Shown here in pieces: positions 47,487-57,301 of a stretch of DNA of 64,000 nt. The DNA is from Pelagibacteraceae bacterium AG-422-B15 (GTDB lineage: Bacteria; Pseudomonadota; Alphaproteobacteria; Pelagibacterales; AG-422-B15), in NCBI GenBank assembly GCA_003213715.1, contig QCMN01000003.1, positions 13,057 through 77,056 on the forward strand. Reading direction: 5' to 3'. Both the position numbers and the translations under genes were made by a program. How positions within the stretch are numbered: position 1 is the stretch's first letter; the number at the start of each line of letters is the position of its first letter. Under the pieces are notes generated by a model. The model did not search any database. It had not been told where the DNA came from and saw only the letters and a program-made list of their open reading frames with translations.

Positions 47487-48972
47487 TTTAATTCCCAAAA
47501 AAAAATTATTTTTTAAAGACGAACGCATTGCAATAATTGATATTGGCTCTGACACAGTTCGTTTTCAAATTTTTGAAAACTTTAGGTTTAATCAGATAGC
47601 TATTTTTAACAAAAAAATTTCATGTGGGCTAGGTAAAGATCTAATTAAAAACAATAAGCTTAATAAAGACTCCATAAAAAAAGCAATGAATGCGTTCTAT
47701 TATATAAAGGAATTGATAGACTCATCAAGTATTAAAAATTATGAAATATTTGCAACAGAAGCCGTCCGTGTTGCTAAAAATAGAGAGGCATTTATTGCTG
47801 ATGTAGAAAATATTTTTAAAAAGAAAATACATGTATTAAATGGTAATGAAGAAGCAAAGTTTTCTGCCATGGGATGTATTGTCGGTCTAAAAAAATCAAG
47901 TGGTCTCGTTGCCGATCTCGGCGGTGGCAGCTTAGAACTCGCAGAAGTTAAAAAGAAAGAAATAATGAATACATTGTCCTTGCCACTAGGTGTTCACAGA
48001 GCAAAAACTAAAAATAAAAAAATAATAGAAAAATTCAAAAACTCTCTACAAAATACTGAATGGCTTAATGAAAATAAGTTTAAAAGGGTAATCCTTACGG
48101 GCGGTACGTGGAGAGCTTTAGTTAAATTATATTTTGATAAGTACAGCTATCCTCTCAAAGTCATTCATCATTTCAAACCTGATTTTGATAACTTTGTATC
48201 GATGCTTGAAGAAGTTTCAAATTTTAAAAAAAAGGACTTGCTACAATATTCATTAATTACAAAAGATAAAACACCATTTATACGATACGCAGCCAAGGTC
48301 GCGTTGGAAATAATAAATAAGACCTCTGCTAGGCAAGTAGTTATTTCATACACAGCTATCAGAGAAGGCTATATTTCTAATAAAATAAACTTAAGCTCAA
48401 ATAGCGATCCGCTTGAATATCAATCATTAAAAGTTGCTGCAATTTCTAACGAATTAAATCCTAGCACCGTAAATTATGAGAATATTAAATTATTCACAAA
48501 TAATTTTTTTAAAAGAAAATCCTATTTAAATAAAAGAATAAGAGTGTCCTCTATAAGTTATTTATCAACGGGAGACAGTATAGCTCGTGACGAGAGGGGA
48601 TTGTTTGTATTTAAACAAATATTAAAATCAGAAATATTAAAGTTTAGCCATTCTGACAGAGTTACACTCGCTACTGTTATTTATGTTTTTCACAATGGAA
48701 TAGATCTAAATGAGATAAATGATTATAGAAAAGTTATAAATAAAAATAAATTATTAAGCAGTATTGAGCTTGGATTATTCTTAAGAATTGTATATGAAAT
48801 TGGAAAATTATCTAATTTTAATTACAGCAATATCAGTATTTATGTAAAAGATTCAAATTTGATATTTTCTATCCCAAAAAACTATTCAGAACTTTTAAAC
48901 AGTAGATTTAATAAATTTATTTTAATGCTTTCAAAGCACAAAAAATTATCACAAAAGATTATATTTGTTTAA
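47479..48972 (+). CDS. ppx: Ppx/GppA exopolyphosphatase
   Basis: IDIGSDTVR, ATEAVR, G.EEA and DLGGGSLE motifs; coupled to ppk1. Confidence 0.88.
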   Translation: MNNLIPKKKLFFKDERIAIIDIGSDTVRFQIFENFRFNQIAIFNKKISCGLGKDLIKNNKLNKDSIKKAMNAFYYIKELIDSSSIKNYEIFATEAVRVAKNREAFIADVENIFKKKIHVLNGNEEAKFSAMGCIVGLKKSSGLVADLGGGSLELAEVKKKEIMNTLSLPLGVHRAKTKNKKIIEKFKNSLQNTEWLNENKFKRVILTGGTWRALVKLYFDKYSYPLKVIHHFKPDFDNFVSMLEEVSNFKKKDLLQYSLITKDKTPFIRYAAKVALEIINKTSARQVVISYTAIREGYISNKINLSSNSDPLEYQSLKVAAISNELNPSTVNYENIKLFTNNFFKRKSYLNKRIRVSSISYLSTGDSIARDERGLFVFKQILKSEILKFSHSDRVTLATVIYVFHNGIDLNEINDYRKVINKNKLLSSIELGLFLRIVYEIGKLSNFNYSNISIYVKDSNLIFSIPKNYSELLNSRFNKFILMLSKHKKLSQKIIFV

Positions 48973-48975
48973 TCA

Positions 48976-50070
48976 ATGGAAAATATCAGTTTTATTCTTA
49001 ATAAGCTAGAAGATGCAATAATCGTTCTTGATTCCGATCAAAAAATTGTTTTTCAAAATTCCCATTCAATAGATTTATTTGAAAATAATTATACTGGTCA
49101 AAATATAACAAACTTAATTAGAAGCCCAATAGTTTTAGAGGCATTAGAAAATGTATATAAAAATAAAGAAACAGAAATAATTGAATATAATAGTGAGTAC
49201 GGAAGTTTATCACCTAGATCAACAAATTTTTACAACGTGGAGATTAGTTATGAGAAAAATCATCTCCAATTAACTAACACAAGAGACAATTATGTTATTC
49301 TCATGAAAAATATAACTCCTTTAAAAAATATTGAAAGAGTACGCTCTTCTTTCATTGCAAACGTAAGTCATGAGCTAAAAACACCTCTTGCTACAATCAT
49401 GGGTTTTTTGGAGACTATAAGAGGTCCAGCAAAAGATGATCAAAAATCTATGTCTAAGTTTCTTGGTATTATGGATAAAGAAACAATTCGCATGAAAAGA
49501 CTGATAGATGATTTAATTGTCGTATCTAAAATAGAGTCTGATGAGCATATTCATCCAACCAAAAAAGTTAATTTATTGAAAACAATAGATAATGTGGCTG
49601 AAAGTCTTAAAGAATACGCATTGACAAAGAATATTAAAATAAGAGTCAACCATCAACTTAGTGAGGGTTTATTTGTATTGGGAAATGAAGATGAGTTGGT
49701 ACAGGTCTTTACAAATATTATAGATAATTCGATTAAATATGGAAAACTAAACAGCTCAATAGATATATTGGCAGAAAAAATCAAAAAGCAAACTGATTAT
49801 AGTGATAATAAAAAGCTATTTCCACAACTTGTATCAAAAATCAGCGTTAAAGATGAAAGCGAAGGCATTCATCCTAAACATCTAGCAAGATTAACTGAAC
49901 GTTTTTACCGTGTAGATGCAGCAAGATCAAAAGAAATCGGTGGAACGGGTTTAGGGTTAACCATAGTTAAACATATTTTAAATAAGCACAGAGGACATTT
50001 AGATATAAAAAGTGAAATAAATCAAGGCAGTACATTTTCAGTAGAATTGCCTATTGCACCCATTTCATAA
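48976..50070 (+). CDS. phoR: Phosphate regulon sensor kinase PhoR (no TM segment)
   Basis: FIANVSHELKTPL, RLTERFYRVD..RS and GGTGLGL motifs; PAS-like N-terminus. Confidence 0.9.
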   Translation: MENISFILNKLEDAIIVLDSDQKIVFQNSHSIDLFENNYTGQNITNLIRSPIVLEALENVYKNKETEIIEYNSEYGSLSPRSTNFYNVEISYEKNHLQLTNTRDNYVILMKNITPLKNIERVRSSFIANVSHELKTPLATIMGFLETIRGPAKDDQKSMSKFLGIMDKETIRMKRLIDDLIVVSKIESDEHIHPTKKVNLLKTIDNVAESLKEYALTKNIKIRVNHQLSEGLFVLGNEDELVQVFTNIIDNSIKYGKLNSSIDILAEKIKKQTDYSDNKKLFPQLVSKISVKDESEGIHPKHLARLTERFYRVDAARSKEIGGTGLGLTIVKHILNKHRGHLDIKSEINQGSTFSVELPIAPIS

Positions 50071-50071
50071 G

Positions 50072-50105
50072 GTGCAATAATAGTTTAACAAATCTTGGTT
50101 AAAAT
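50072..50105 (+). promoter_or_regulatory. PHO-box-like site plus -10 (likely leaderless transcript)
   Basis: GTGCAAT-AATA-GTTTAAC, 10 bp, TAAAAT, then ATG 5 nt later. Confidence 0.4.
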
Positions 50106-50110
50106 AAGAT

Positions 50111-50833
50111 ATGGCGACTCAATTTGTTTTGTTTGGTTATCATCATTTGGCAACAATTTTCACAATTGTGACTATTTCAATTTTATTTCCTTTCTTTGTT
50201 CGATTTATAAATAATAAAAATGTAACTAGATCAATTTTTTTGTTAATTGGTTTTATATTAATTTCTCATGAGATAATAAAGCCATTTTATCGAGTGATAT
50301 TTTATGATCATTCTATTTACGAAGTATTGCCATTGCACATTTGCCATATAGCTGCAATATCAATGGGATTATATGTGTATACAAAGATTAAATTTTTTTT
50401 CGAAGTGGGTTATTTTTTTGGATTAAGTGGAAATTTCCTTGCAATCATTACACCAGATTTGGATTTCTCATTTCCTGATGCAGAGTATATTACTTATTAT
50501 TTCGGTCATGGTTTATTACTGCTTTGTGTAATATATGCCTGTGTATGTACGAAGGTTCAATTAACCTGGTGGTCAGTTTTACGAGTTCTTTTGTTTGCCG
50601 TTTGTTTATTACCTATAATTTATGGACTAAATATTTATATTTCTCAATTCTTTAAAGGTGTAAATTATTGGTATTTAATGATAACGCCTGCCGCGAACAC
50701 ACTTTTAGATATATTTCCATCTCCTCCAATGCACATTCCTTATTTGGCTGTGTTAACAGTTATTATATTCACATTAATTTATCTTCCCTTTAAATATCTT
50801 TATAAAAACAGTTATTTAAACTATCAACAATAA
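50111..50833 (+). CDS. YwaF/TIGR02206 (TMEM164-like) membrane protein
   Basis: FGYHH, LPLHIC, AIITPD, YFGH and NYWYL..P...TLLD motifs. Confidence 0.85.
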   Translation: MATQFVLFGYHHLATIFTIVTISILFPFFVRFINNKNVTRSIFLLIGFILISHEIIKPFYRVIFYDHSIYEVLPLHICHIAAISMGLYVYTKIKFFFEVGYFFGLSGNFLAIITPDLDFSFPDAEYITYYFGHGLLLLCVIYACVCTKVQLTWWSVLRVLLFAVCLLPIIYGLNIYISQFFKGVNYWYLMITPAANTLLDIFPSPPMHIPYLAVLTVIIFTLIYLPFKYLYKNSYLNYQQ

Positions 50834-50838
50834 ACTGA

Positions 50839-50878
50839 CATTCATAAAACTGTAATAAAACTGTTATAAACATGTAAC
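50839..50878 (+). promoter_or_regulatory. PHO box array of pstS
   Basis: CATTCAT-AAAA-CTGTAAT-AAAA-CTGTTAT-AAAC-ATGTAAC; four half-sites at 11-bp period matching CTGTCAT. Confidence 0.85.
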
Positions 50879-50926
50879 CAAGTCAAAATAATTTATTGAT
50901 GATTCTAAACCTTAATGGAGAAAATA

Positions 50927-51988
50927 ATGAGATTAATCAAAATAATGATTATTGCAGTTTTCGCTTCATCAATTTTTACATTCAGTTCTCAAGCTAGAGA
51001 TACTATAAAAATCGTTGGTTCGTCGACTGTATACCCTTATGCAACCGTAGTTGCTGAGAGATTTGGTAAGACTGGATTTAATACACCAGTGATTGAGAGT
51101 ACTGGTACGGGCGGTGGAATGAAATTATTCTGTGCTGGAGTTGGTACCGATCACCCCGATATTACCAATGCGTCTCGTAAAATTAAAAGTAAAGAAAAGG
51201 CATTATGCGCTAAAAATGGCGTTACTGATATAATTGAAATTACAATTGGTAATGACGGCTTGACGCTTGCTCATAGCTTAGATGCTGCCGATGCAGACTT
51301 TACGCAAGAGCATTTATTTTTAGCAATTGCAGAAAAAGTACCCGCTAACGTTGCAAAAGATGGCGAGGGTAATGTCGTTGCTGGAAATTTAATTGATAAC
51401 CCATATGAAAAATGGTCTGACATTGATGCTTCATTACCTGATCATAAAATTGAAATCCTAGTTGCACCGCCGACATCTGGTACAAGAGATGCTTGGAATT
51501 CACTTATTATGAAAAAAGGTTGCAAAGCAGCAGGCGCATACACACTTTGGGAAAATGCCGGTGAAAAGGCAAAGAAAAAATGTGCAGTAGTGCGAGAAGA
51601 TGGAAGAGTTATTGAAGCTGGTGAAAACGACACTTTAATAGTTCAAAAATTATCAGAGGATCCAGAAAGATTTGGTTACTTTGGTTACAGCTATCTTTTA
51701 GCTAACGAAGATAAAATTAAATCTGCTTCGATAACTGGAATTCAGCCAACGCTTGCCGGTATCCAGGATTATTCTTACCCAATTGCACGACCATTACAGT
51801 TTTACGTGAAAAAAGCTCACGTAGGTGTTGTGCCAGGAATTGAAGAGTTTCTTGAAGCTTTCACAAGCCCTGATGCAATGGGCGAAGATGGATATCTAAC
51901 TGATATCGGTTTAGTTGCATTATCTGATGGTGATGCATCTGATATAAGATCAAGAGTTGCTAACTTAGAAACACTCGATCTAGACTAA
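50927..51988 (+). CDS. pstS: Phosphate ABC transporter substrate-binding protein
   Basis: GSSTVYP, STGTGGG, NASR, SGTRD and YPIARPL motifs. ATG at 50927 has SD GGAG. Confidence 0.96.
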   Translation: MRLIKIMIIAVFASSIFTFSSQARDTIKIVGSSTVYPYATVVAERFGKTGFNTPVIESTGTGGGMKLFCAGVGTDHPDITNASRKIKSKEKALCAKNGVTDIIEITIGNDGLTLAHSLDAADADFTQEHLFLAIAEKVPANVAKDGEGNVVAGNLIDNPYEKWSDIDASLPDHKIEILVAPPTSGTRDAWNSLIMKKGCKAAGAYTLWENAGEKAKKKCAVVREDGRVIEAGENDTLIVQKLSEDPERFGYFGYSYLLANEDKIKSASITGIQPTLAGIQDYSYPIARPLQFYVKKAHVGVVPGIEEFLEAFTSPDAMGEDGYLTDIGLVALSDGDASDIRSRVANLETLDLD

Positions 51989-52004
51989 AAGACTTGATTA
52001 ATCC

Positions 52005-52037
52005 ACAACTGAGGCAAGTTATGCTTGTCTCAGTTGT
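52005..52037 (+). terminator. pstS-pstC intergenic stem-loop
   Basis: ACAACTGAGGCAAG-TTATG-CTTGTCTCAGTTGT. Confidence 0.7.
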
Positions 52038-52059
52038 TGAATAAGCATTATGGTGAAGT

Positions 52060-53451
52060 ATGGGATTTATATTAATTTCTTTAATTATTCTAATTGGTAT
52101 CACCAGCTATTTTCTAGGAAATTTAAGAGCAAAAAATCTTAGGACTTCAAATCAAAAAAATCTTAAATCACTTAGTCATTATTATGGGTACTACGTAGCT
52201 CTATGGGCTGTTGTGCCGGCGTTATTGATACTGTTGATGATTACCTCGTTTAAATCATTTTTTATTGAGCAATATGTATTAAGTGATTTCATAGCACTTG
52301 GCAGTTATACAGAAACAGAACTAAGTTTATTATTTACCCAAATCGAAAACACTGCAATGGGCATAAAACTTTTTGATGAAAATACTATTCTTATAGATGG
52401 CGCCGTAAATAAATTAAATTATATTAATAAGACGAGTGAAAACTTAACTTATGTTACAGTTCTTGGGTTTTCAGGCTTACTTGTACTTTACTCAATATTC
52501 AATATTAATCACAAACTTAATTCTAGAAAAATTGTCGAGAAATTTTTAATAGTCTTGTATTTTACATGCTCACTTGTCGCTATTATGACTACTGTTGGAA
52601 TAATTTTTTCCTTATTATATGAAACGTTGCGTTTTTTTTCTCAAGTTCCAATAACCGATTTTTTATTTGGATTAAATTGGAGTCCTCAAAGAGTTTTTGT
52701 TAGAGAAGCTGGAGATCTTGATACAAGAGACTTGGCCAATGCATTTGGCGCTGTTCCATTATTTGCTGGAACATTTCTTATTGCATTAATTGCAATGTGT
52801 GTTTCAGTCCCAGTTGGCTTACTCACAGCCATTTATATGTCTGAATACGCTTCTCCAAAAGTCAGAGATTGGGCTAAGCCAATTATTGAAATTCTTGCTG
52901 GCATTCCAACGGTTGTATACGGATTTTTTGCAGCGTTAACTGTCGCGCCTTTAGTGAGAGATATCGGTCAGGGTGCTGGACTAACTGTCTCTTCTGAAAG
53001 CGCTCTTGCTGCGGGATTTGTTATGGGAATAATGATAATACCATTTATTTCATCACTTTCTGATGATGTAATAAAATCTGTACCTCAGAGTTTAAGGGAA
53101 GGCTCTTATGCCATGGGAGCAACCAAAAGGGAAACAATTGTAAAAGTATTATTGCCAGCTGCTTTGCCAGGCATTGTCGGTTCATTTCTATTAGCTGTCT
53201 CAAGAGCAATTGGGGAGACAATGATTGTTGTTATGGCTGCAGGATTAAATGCAAAATTAACAGCTAATCCACTTGATGCGGCAACTACAATTACTACTCA
53301 GATTGTTGTTATTTTAATCGGTGATCAAGAATTTGATAGCCCAAAAACACAGTCAGCTTTTGCTCTGGGTTTAACTTTGTTCGTTGTTACTTTGGCTCTA
53401 AATTTTATAGCTTTACAGGTCGTAAAAAAATATACGGAGAGATATGACTGA
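52060..53451 (+). CDS. pstC: Phosphate ABC permease PstC
   Basis: EILAGIPTVVYG and SRAIGETM motifs. Confidence 0.96.
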   Translation: MGFILISLIILIGITSYFLGNLRAKNLRTSNQKNLKSLSHYYGYYVALWAVVPALLILLMITSFKSFFIEQYVLSDFIALGSYTETELSLLFTQIENTAMGIKLFDENTILIDGAVNKLNYINKTSENLTYVTVLGFSGLLVLYSIFNINHKLNSRKIVEKFLIVLYFTCSLVAIMTTVGIIFSLLYETLRFFSQVPITDFLFGLNWSPQRVFVREAGDLDTRDLANAFGAVPLFAGTFLIALIAMCVSVPVGLLTAIYMSEYASPKVRDWAKPIIEILAGIPTVVYGFFAALTVAPLVRDIGQGAGLTVSSESALAAGFVMGIMIIPFISSLSDDVIKSVPQSLREGSYAMGATKRETIVKVLLPAALPGIVGSFLLAVSRAIGETMIVVMAAGLNAKLTANPLDAATTITTQIVVILIGDQEFDSPKTQSAFALGLTLFVVTLALNFIALQVVKKYTERYD

Positions 53452-54727
53452 TAGAATAGAACAAAGAATAAATAGTTTAAATAAAAGGCTCAATTCAGAG
53501 AAAAGATTTAGGATTTATTGTATTGGTGCAATGAGCTTTGCGCTTGCATGGGTGCTTATTTTATTTCTAAATATATTTTCATCTGGCTATTCAGCATTTT
53601 ATAGAACTGTTATCCAGGTAGATGTACCTTTTTTAAATCTTATTGAAGACACGACACAATTTTCTGAGATGAGTTCAGAGGATATTAACAACCTGTCAAT
53701 GTATTCTTTTTCCAAAAAGGCTATTTATAGACTTTTTCCAGATATTGAAGAGAAAAAAGATAAGAAAATGTTGATACGATTATTCAGTATTGAATTTGAG
53801 CAAGAAATAAGAGAATTTTTAAAATCGAATAAGTCAAATATAAATGAAGCAGAAACAATATATTTAACTGCCTCCGACGATGTAGATCAGGTTAATAAAG
53901 GAAACTACCCAAGGGACTTAGATGAAGACAAAAGAAGAATTAAAGATATTCAACTTTTATTTTTTGATGACCTTGTAGATAGGGGACTTGTCAGCTATGA
54001 ATTCAATCTACCATTTTTAATGAGGGGTGACAGCCGAGAACCTGAACTGGCAGGAGTAGGAGGTTCAATAGTAGGTTCTTTATTCACAATTTTGGTAGTT
54101 TTGATTTTGTCTTTTCCTATTGGAATTTTTGCAGCTATTTATCTTGAGGAATTTGCACCAAAAAATAAAGTTACCGATTTTATTGAAATTAATATTAATA
54201 ATTTAGCAGCGGTACCTTCTATTGTATTTGGCTTATTGGGGCTTGGTATTATTTTAAATACATTTGGATTGCCAAGGTCAACACCTCTGGTTGGAGGCAT
54301 AGTCTTATCTTTAATGACCCTACCAACAATAATTATTGCAACTAGAGCCTCATTAAGGGCAGTGCCGCCATCAATAAGAGAAGGTGCATTAGCAGTCGGA
54401 GCAACCAAAATGCAAGCAGTAATGCATCATGTAGTTCCTGTAGCAATGCCTGGTGCATTAACAGGTACGATTATAGGCCTTGCTCAAGCACTTGGAGAAA
54501 CTGCGCCATTATTATTAATTGGTATGGTGGCATTTGTTGTAGATGTTCCACAAACACCGCTGGACGCTTCTGCCTCTTTGCCAGTTCAGGTTTATTTATG
54601 GTCAGAAAGCGCAGAAAGAGGTTATGTTGAAAAAACTTCAGCTACAATTATGATGTTACTTGGATTTTTAATTTTAATGAATTTAGCTGCAGTATTAATT
54701 AGAAGAAAATTTGAAACAAAATGGTAA
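53444..54727 (+). CDS. pstA: Phosphate ABC permease PstA
   Basis: NLAAVPSIVFG and AQALGETAPL motifs. Confidence 0.96.
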   Translation: MTDRIEQRINSLNKRLNSEKRFRIYCIGAMSFALAWVLILFLNIFSSGYSAFYRTVIQVDVPFLNLIEDTTQFSEMSSEDINNLSMYSFSKKAIYRLFPDIEEKKDKKMLIRLFSIEFEQEIREFLKSNKSNINEAETIYLTASDDVDQVNKGNYPRDLDEDKRRIKDIQLLFFDDLVDRGLVSYEFNLPFLMRGDSREPELAGVGGSIVGSLFTILVVLILSFPIGIFAAIYLEEFAPKNKVTDFIEININNLAAVPSIVFGLLGLGIILNTFGLPRSTPLVGGIVLSLMTLPTIIIATRASLRAVPPSIREGALAVGATKMQAVMHHVVPVAMPGALTGTIIGLAQALGETAPLLLIGMVAFVVDVPQTPLDASASLPVQVYLWSESAERGYVEKTSATIMMLLGFLILMNLAAVLIRRKFETKW

Positions 54728-54735
54728 AATAGAAT

Positions 54736-55497
54736 ATGAAAAGTATAAAAATAAAAGCAGACAACTTGAATGTTTATTATGGAGAGAAACAGGCACTCTT
54801 CGAGGTTTCCATGTACATGGAAGAAAAACAAGTCACTGCTTTAATAGGTCCATCAGGTTGTGGTAAATCAACCTTTATTAGATGCTTAAATAGAATGAAC
54901 GATGTTATTGATATATGCAAAGTACAAGGAAAAATAGAAATCGATGGCAACGATATTTATGCACCAGACATGCATGTTGAACAACTAAGAGAACGCGTGG
55001 GTATGGTTTTTCAAAAGCCGAACCCCTTTCCAAAATCTATTTTTGAAAATGTTGCTTATGGCCCAAGAATACATGGAATTGCAGAACATAAATCTGATTT
55101 AGAAGAAATTGTTGTTACCAGTCTAAAAAAAGCAGCTCTCTTTGATGAGGTTAAAGATAGATTAAGCGACTCAGGAACAAGCCTGTCAGGAGGGCAGCAG
55201 CAAAGATTATGTATTGCAAGAGCTATATCCGTAAATCCAGATATTATTCTAATGGATGAGCCTTGTTCAGCTTTAGACCCAATTGCTACGGCTAGAATTG
55301 AAGAATTAATGGGAGATCTTAAAACAGAATATACAATAATTATTGTTACACACTCGATGCAACAGGCAGCCAGGGTTTCATCAAGAACAGGTTTCTTTCA
55401 TTTAGGTAAATTAGTTGAAGTTGATAAGACTGAAGCAATTTTTTCAAATCCATCAGATCAGAGAACTCAAGATTATATAACAGGAAGGTTTGGCTAA
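54736..55497 (+). CDS. pstB: Phosphate ABC ATPase PstB
   Basis: [17 protein letters not shown] and DYITGRFG motifs. Confidence 0.97.
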   Translation: MKSIKIKADNLNVYYGEKQALFEVSMYMEEKQVTALIGPSGCGKSTFIRCLNRMNDVIDICKVQGKIEIDGNDIYAPDMHVEQLRERVGMVFQKPNPFPKSIFENVAYGPRIHGIAEHKSDLEEIVVTSLKKAALFDEVKDRLSDSGTSLSGGQQQRLCIARAISVNPDIILMDEPCSALDPIATARIEELMGDLKTEYTIIIVTHSMQQAARVSSRTGFFHLGKLVEVDKTEAIFSNPSDQRTQDYITGRFG

Positions 55498-56189
55498 TGA
55501 GTGAGCATATAGTTTCATCTTATGATGAACAATTAGATTTAATAAATAGTACATTAATTAAAATGGGAGGGTTGGTAGAAACACAACTTCATAATTCTCT
55601 TGTTGCTTTGGGCGATAAAGACACTGCTTTTGCAGAAGAAATTATTAGAGATGACAATAAAATTGATGCCTTAGAAAAGGAAATTGATGCTTTAACATAC
55701 AAAGTAATTGCAATGAGGCAACCGCTTGCTAATGACTTAAGAACTGTTTTATCAGCTCTTAGTATTGCAAACGATCTCGAGAGAATGGGTGATCACGCTA
55801 CCAATATTGCAAAGAGAGTTGCGAATGTAAAAATTAACATGCCCGACACCCCAGTTTCAGAAATTGTCAATATGGGTGAGAATGTTCAAAGTATGATAAA
55901 AAATGTTTTGGATGCCTTCGTTCAAAAATCGGATAAACTAGCAATTACTGCATGGGATTTAGATGTAAATATTGATGAGTTATATTTATCAATTTACAGA
56001 GATCTTCTTAAGACGATGGCAGAAGACCCGGATACAATTACAGGCTGTTCACACCTATTGTCGATTGCTAAAAATATAGAGAGAATAGGAGATTATGTTC
56101 AAAATATCGCTGAAGACATTCACTTCATTACAACTGGTGACGCCTTAGAACGTAAGTCGGAAAAAAGAATTAAATGGGAAAAGGTGTAA
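55497..56189 (+). CDS. phoU: Phosphate signalling protein PhoU
   Basis: RQPLANDLR, DLERMGDH and NIERIGD motifs. Confidence 0.96.
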   Translation: MSEHIVSSYDEQLDLINSTLIKMGGLVETQLHNSLVALGDKDTAFAEEIIRDDNKIDALEKEIDALTYKVIAMRQPLANDLRTVLSALSIANDLERMGDHATNIAKRVANVKINMPDTPVSEIVNMGENVQSMIKNVLDAFVQKSDKLAITAWDLDVNIDELYLSIYRDLLKTMAEDPDTITGCSHLLSIAKNIERIGDYVQNIAEDIHFITTGDALERKSEKRIKWEKV

Positions 56190-56875
56190 TGAAGCCTAAA
56201 ATCCTTGTAATTGAAGATGAAGTTTCAATAGTTGAACTATTAAAATACAATCTAACAGCTAGTGGATTTGATGTAGACGTATGCTTTGATGGCGATAGTG
56301 CGTTGGATAATATATTTGGTGATATTAAATACGATCTTATAATCGTGGATTGGATGCTCCCAAACATTTCTGGGTTAGAATTATGTAGAAGAGTTCGTAA
56401 AGATAAGACTACAAAAAACATTCCATTAATTATGCTCACAGCCAAAGGAGAAGAAGAAGATAAATTAAGAGCATTTGAAACTGAAATTGATGACTACATA
56501 ACAAAACCATTTTCAGTCAATGAGTTAGTAGCTAGAATTAAAGCAGTACTTAAACGCCTAAGACCTATTTTTTATAATGAAGTTCTTACATATAAGGGGA
56601 TTCAATTAGATGTTTCAACGCATCGTGTCACAAGAGATGAAACAGAAATAAATCTTGGACCTACGGAATTTAACCTTTTACGTTTTTTAATGGAAAACCA
56701 AGGTAAAGTATTTTCAAGACAACAATTGCTTGATTATGTATGGACTACAAGTCCATATGTCGAACCCAGAACAGTCGATGTTCATATCAGAAGATTAAGA
56801 AAAGCATTAAATGAAGGATTTGAGTACGACCCAATTAGAACAATAAGATCGGCTGGATATTCTCTTGGCATATGA
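56189..56875 (+). CDS. phoB: Phosphate regulon response regulator PhoB
   Basis: DWMLP, LGPTEF and RTVDVHIRRLRKAL motifs. ATG at 56189 overlaps the phoU stop. Confidence 0.96.
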   Translation: MKPKILVIEDEVSIVELLKYNLTASGFDVDVCFDGDSALDNIFGDIKYDLIIVDWMLPNISGLELCRRVRKDKTTKNIPLIMLTAKGEEEDKLRAFETEIDDYITKPFSVNELVARIKAVLKRLRPIFYNEVLTYKGIQLDVSTHRVTRDETEINLGPTEFNLLRFLMENQGKVFSRQQLLDYVWTTSPYVEPRTVDVHIRRLRKALNEGFEYDPIRTIRSAGYSLGI

Positions 56876-57300
56876 ACATTAAAAATGTTTTATATTTATG
56901 TACTCAAAATTCAGCTAGAAGCATTATAGCTGAAGCAATTACCAATTATAAATATAGCGAAAGTCTGAAAGGTTTCAGTGCTGGAAGCACACCCTCAGGA
57001 ATAATAAATTCTAAAACTCTCGATTTATTAGACGAAATGAAAATACCAACAGAGAAACTCTATAGTAAAAGTTGGGACGTATTTGGTGAATCCAACTCTC
57101 CCTCTATGGATTATGTCGTTACTGTATGTGGGAATGCCGCTAAAGAAACATGTCCGATCTGGCCGGGTGCTCCAAAAACATTTCATTTCAATATTGAAGA
57201 TCCTGTTAAACAGAATTTAAACGAAGAAGAACACAAAAAGTTTTTTAGATCTACATTTGATTATATTGATCAATTAATAAAAGAAAACTTGCTGAAATAA
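56872..57300 (+). CDS. arsC: Arsenate reductase (LMW-PTP/thioredoxin-coupled type)
   Basis: CTQNSARS P-loop, TVC..A..CPIWPG and EDP motifs. Confidence 0.9.
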   Translation: MNIKNVLYLCTQNSARSIIAEAITNYKYSESLKGFSAGSTPSGIINSKTLDLLDEMKIPTEKLYSKSWDVFGESNSPSMDYVVTVCGNAAKETCPIWPGAPKTFHFNIEDPVKQNLNEEEHKKFFRSTFDYIDQLIKENLLK

Positions 57301-57301
57301 G

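Noticed and set aside
47479-48972. ppx as a possible pseudogene (very AT-rich, divergent C-terminus, GSD instead of GSN)
   Set aside because: The ORF is intact, full-length and coupled to ppk1, and the other catalytic motifs are retained.
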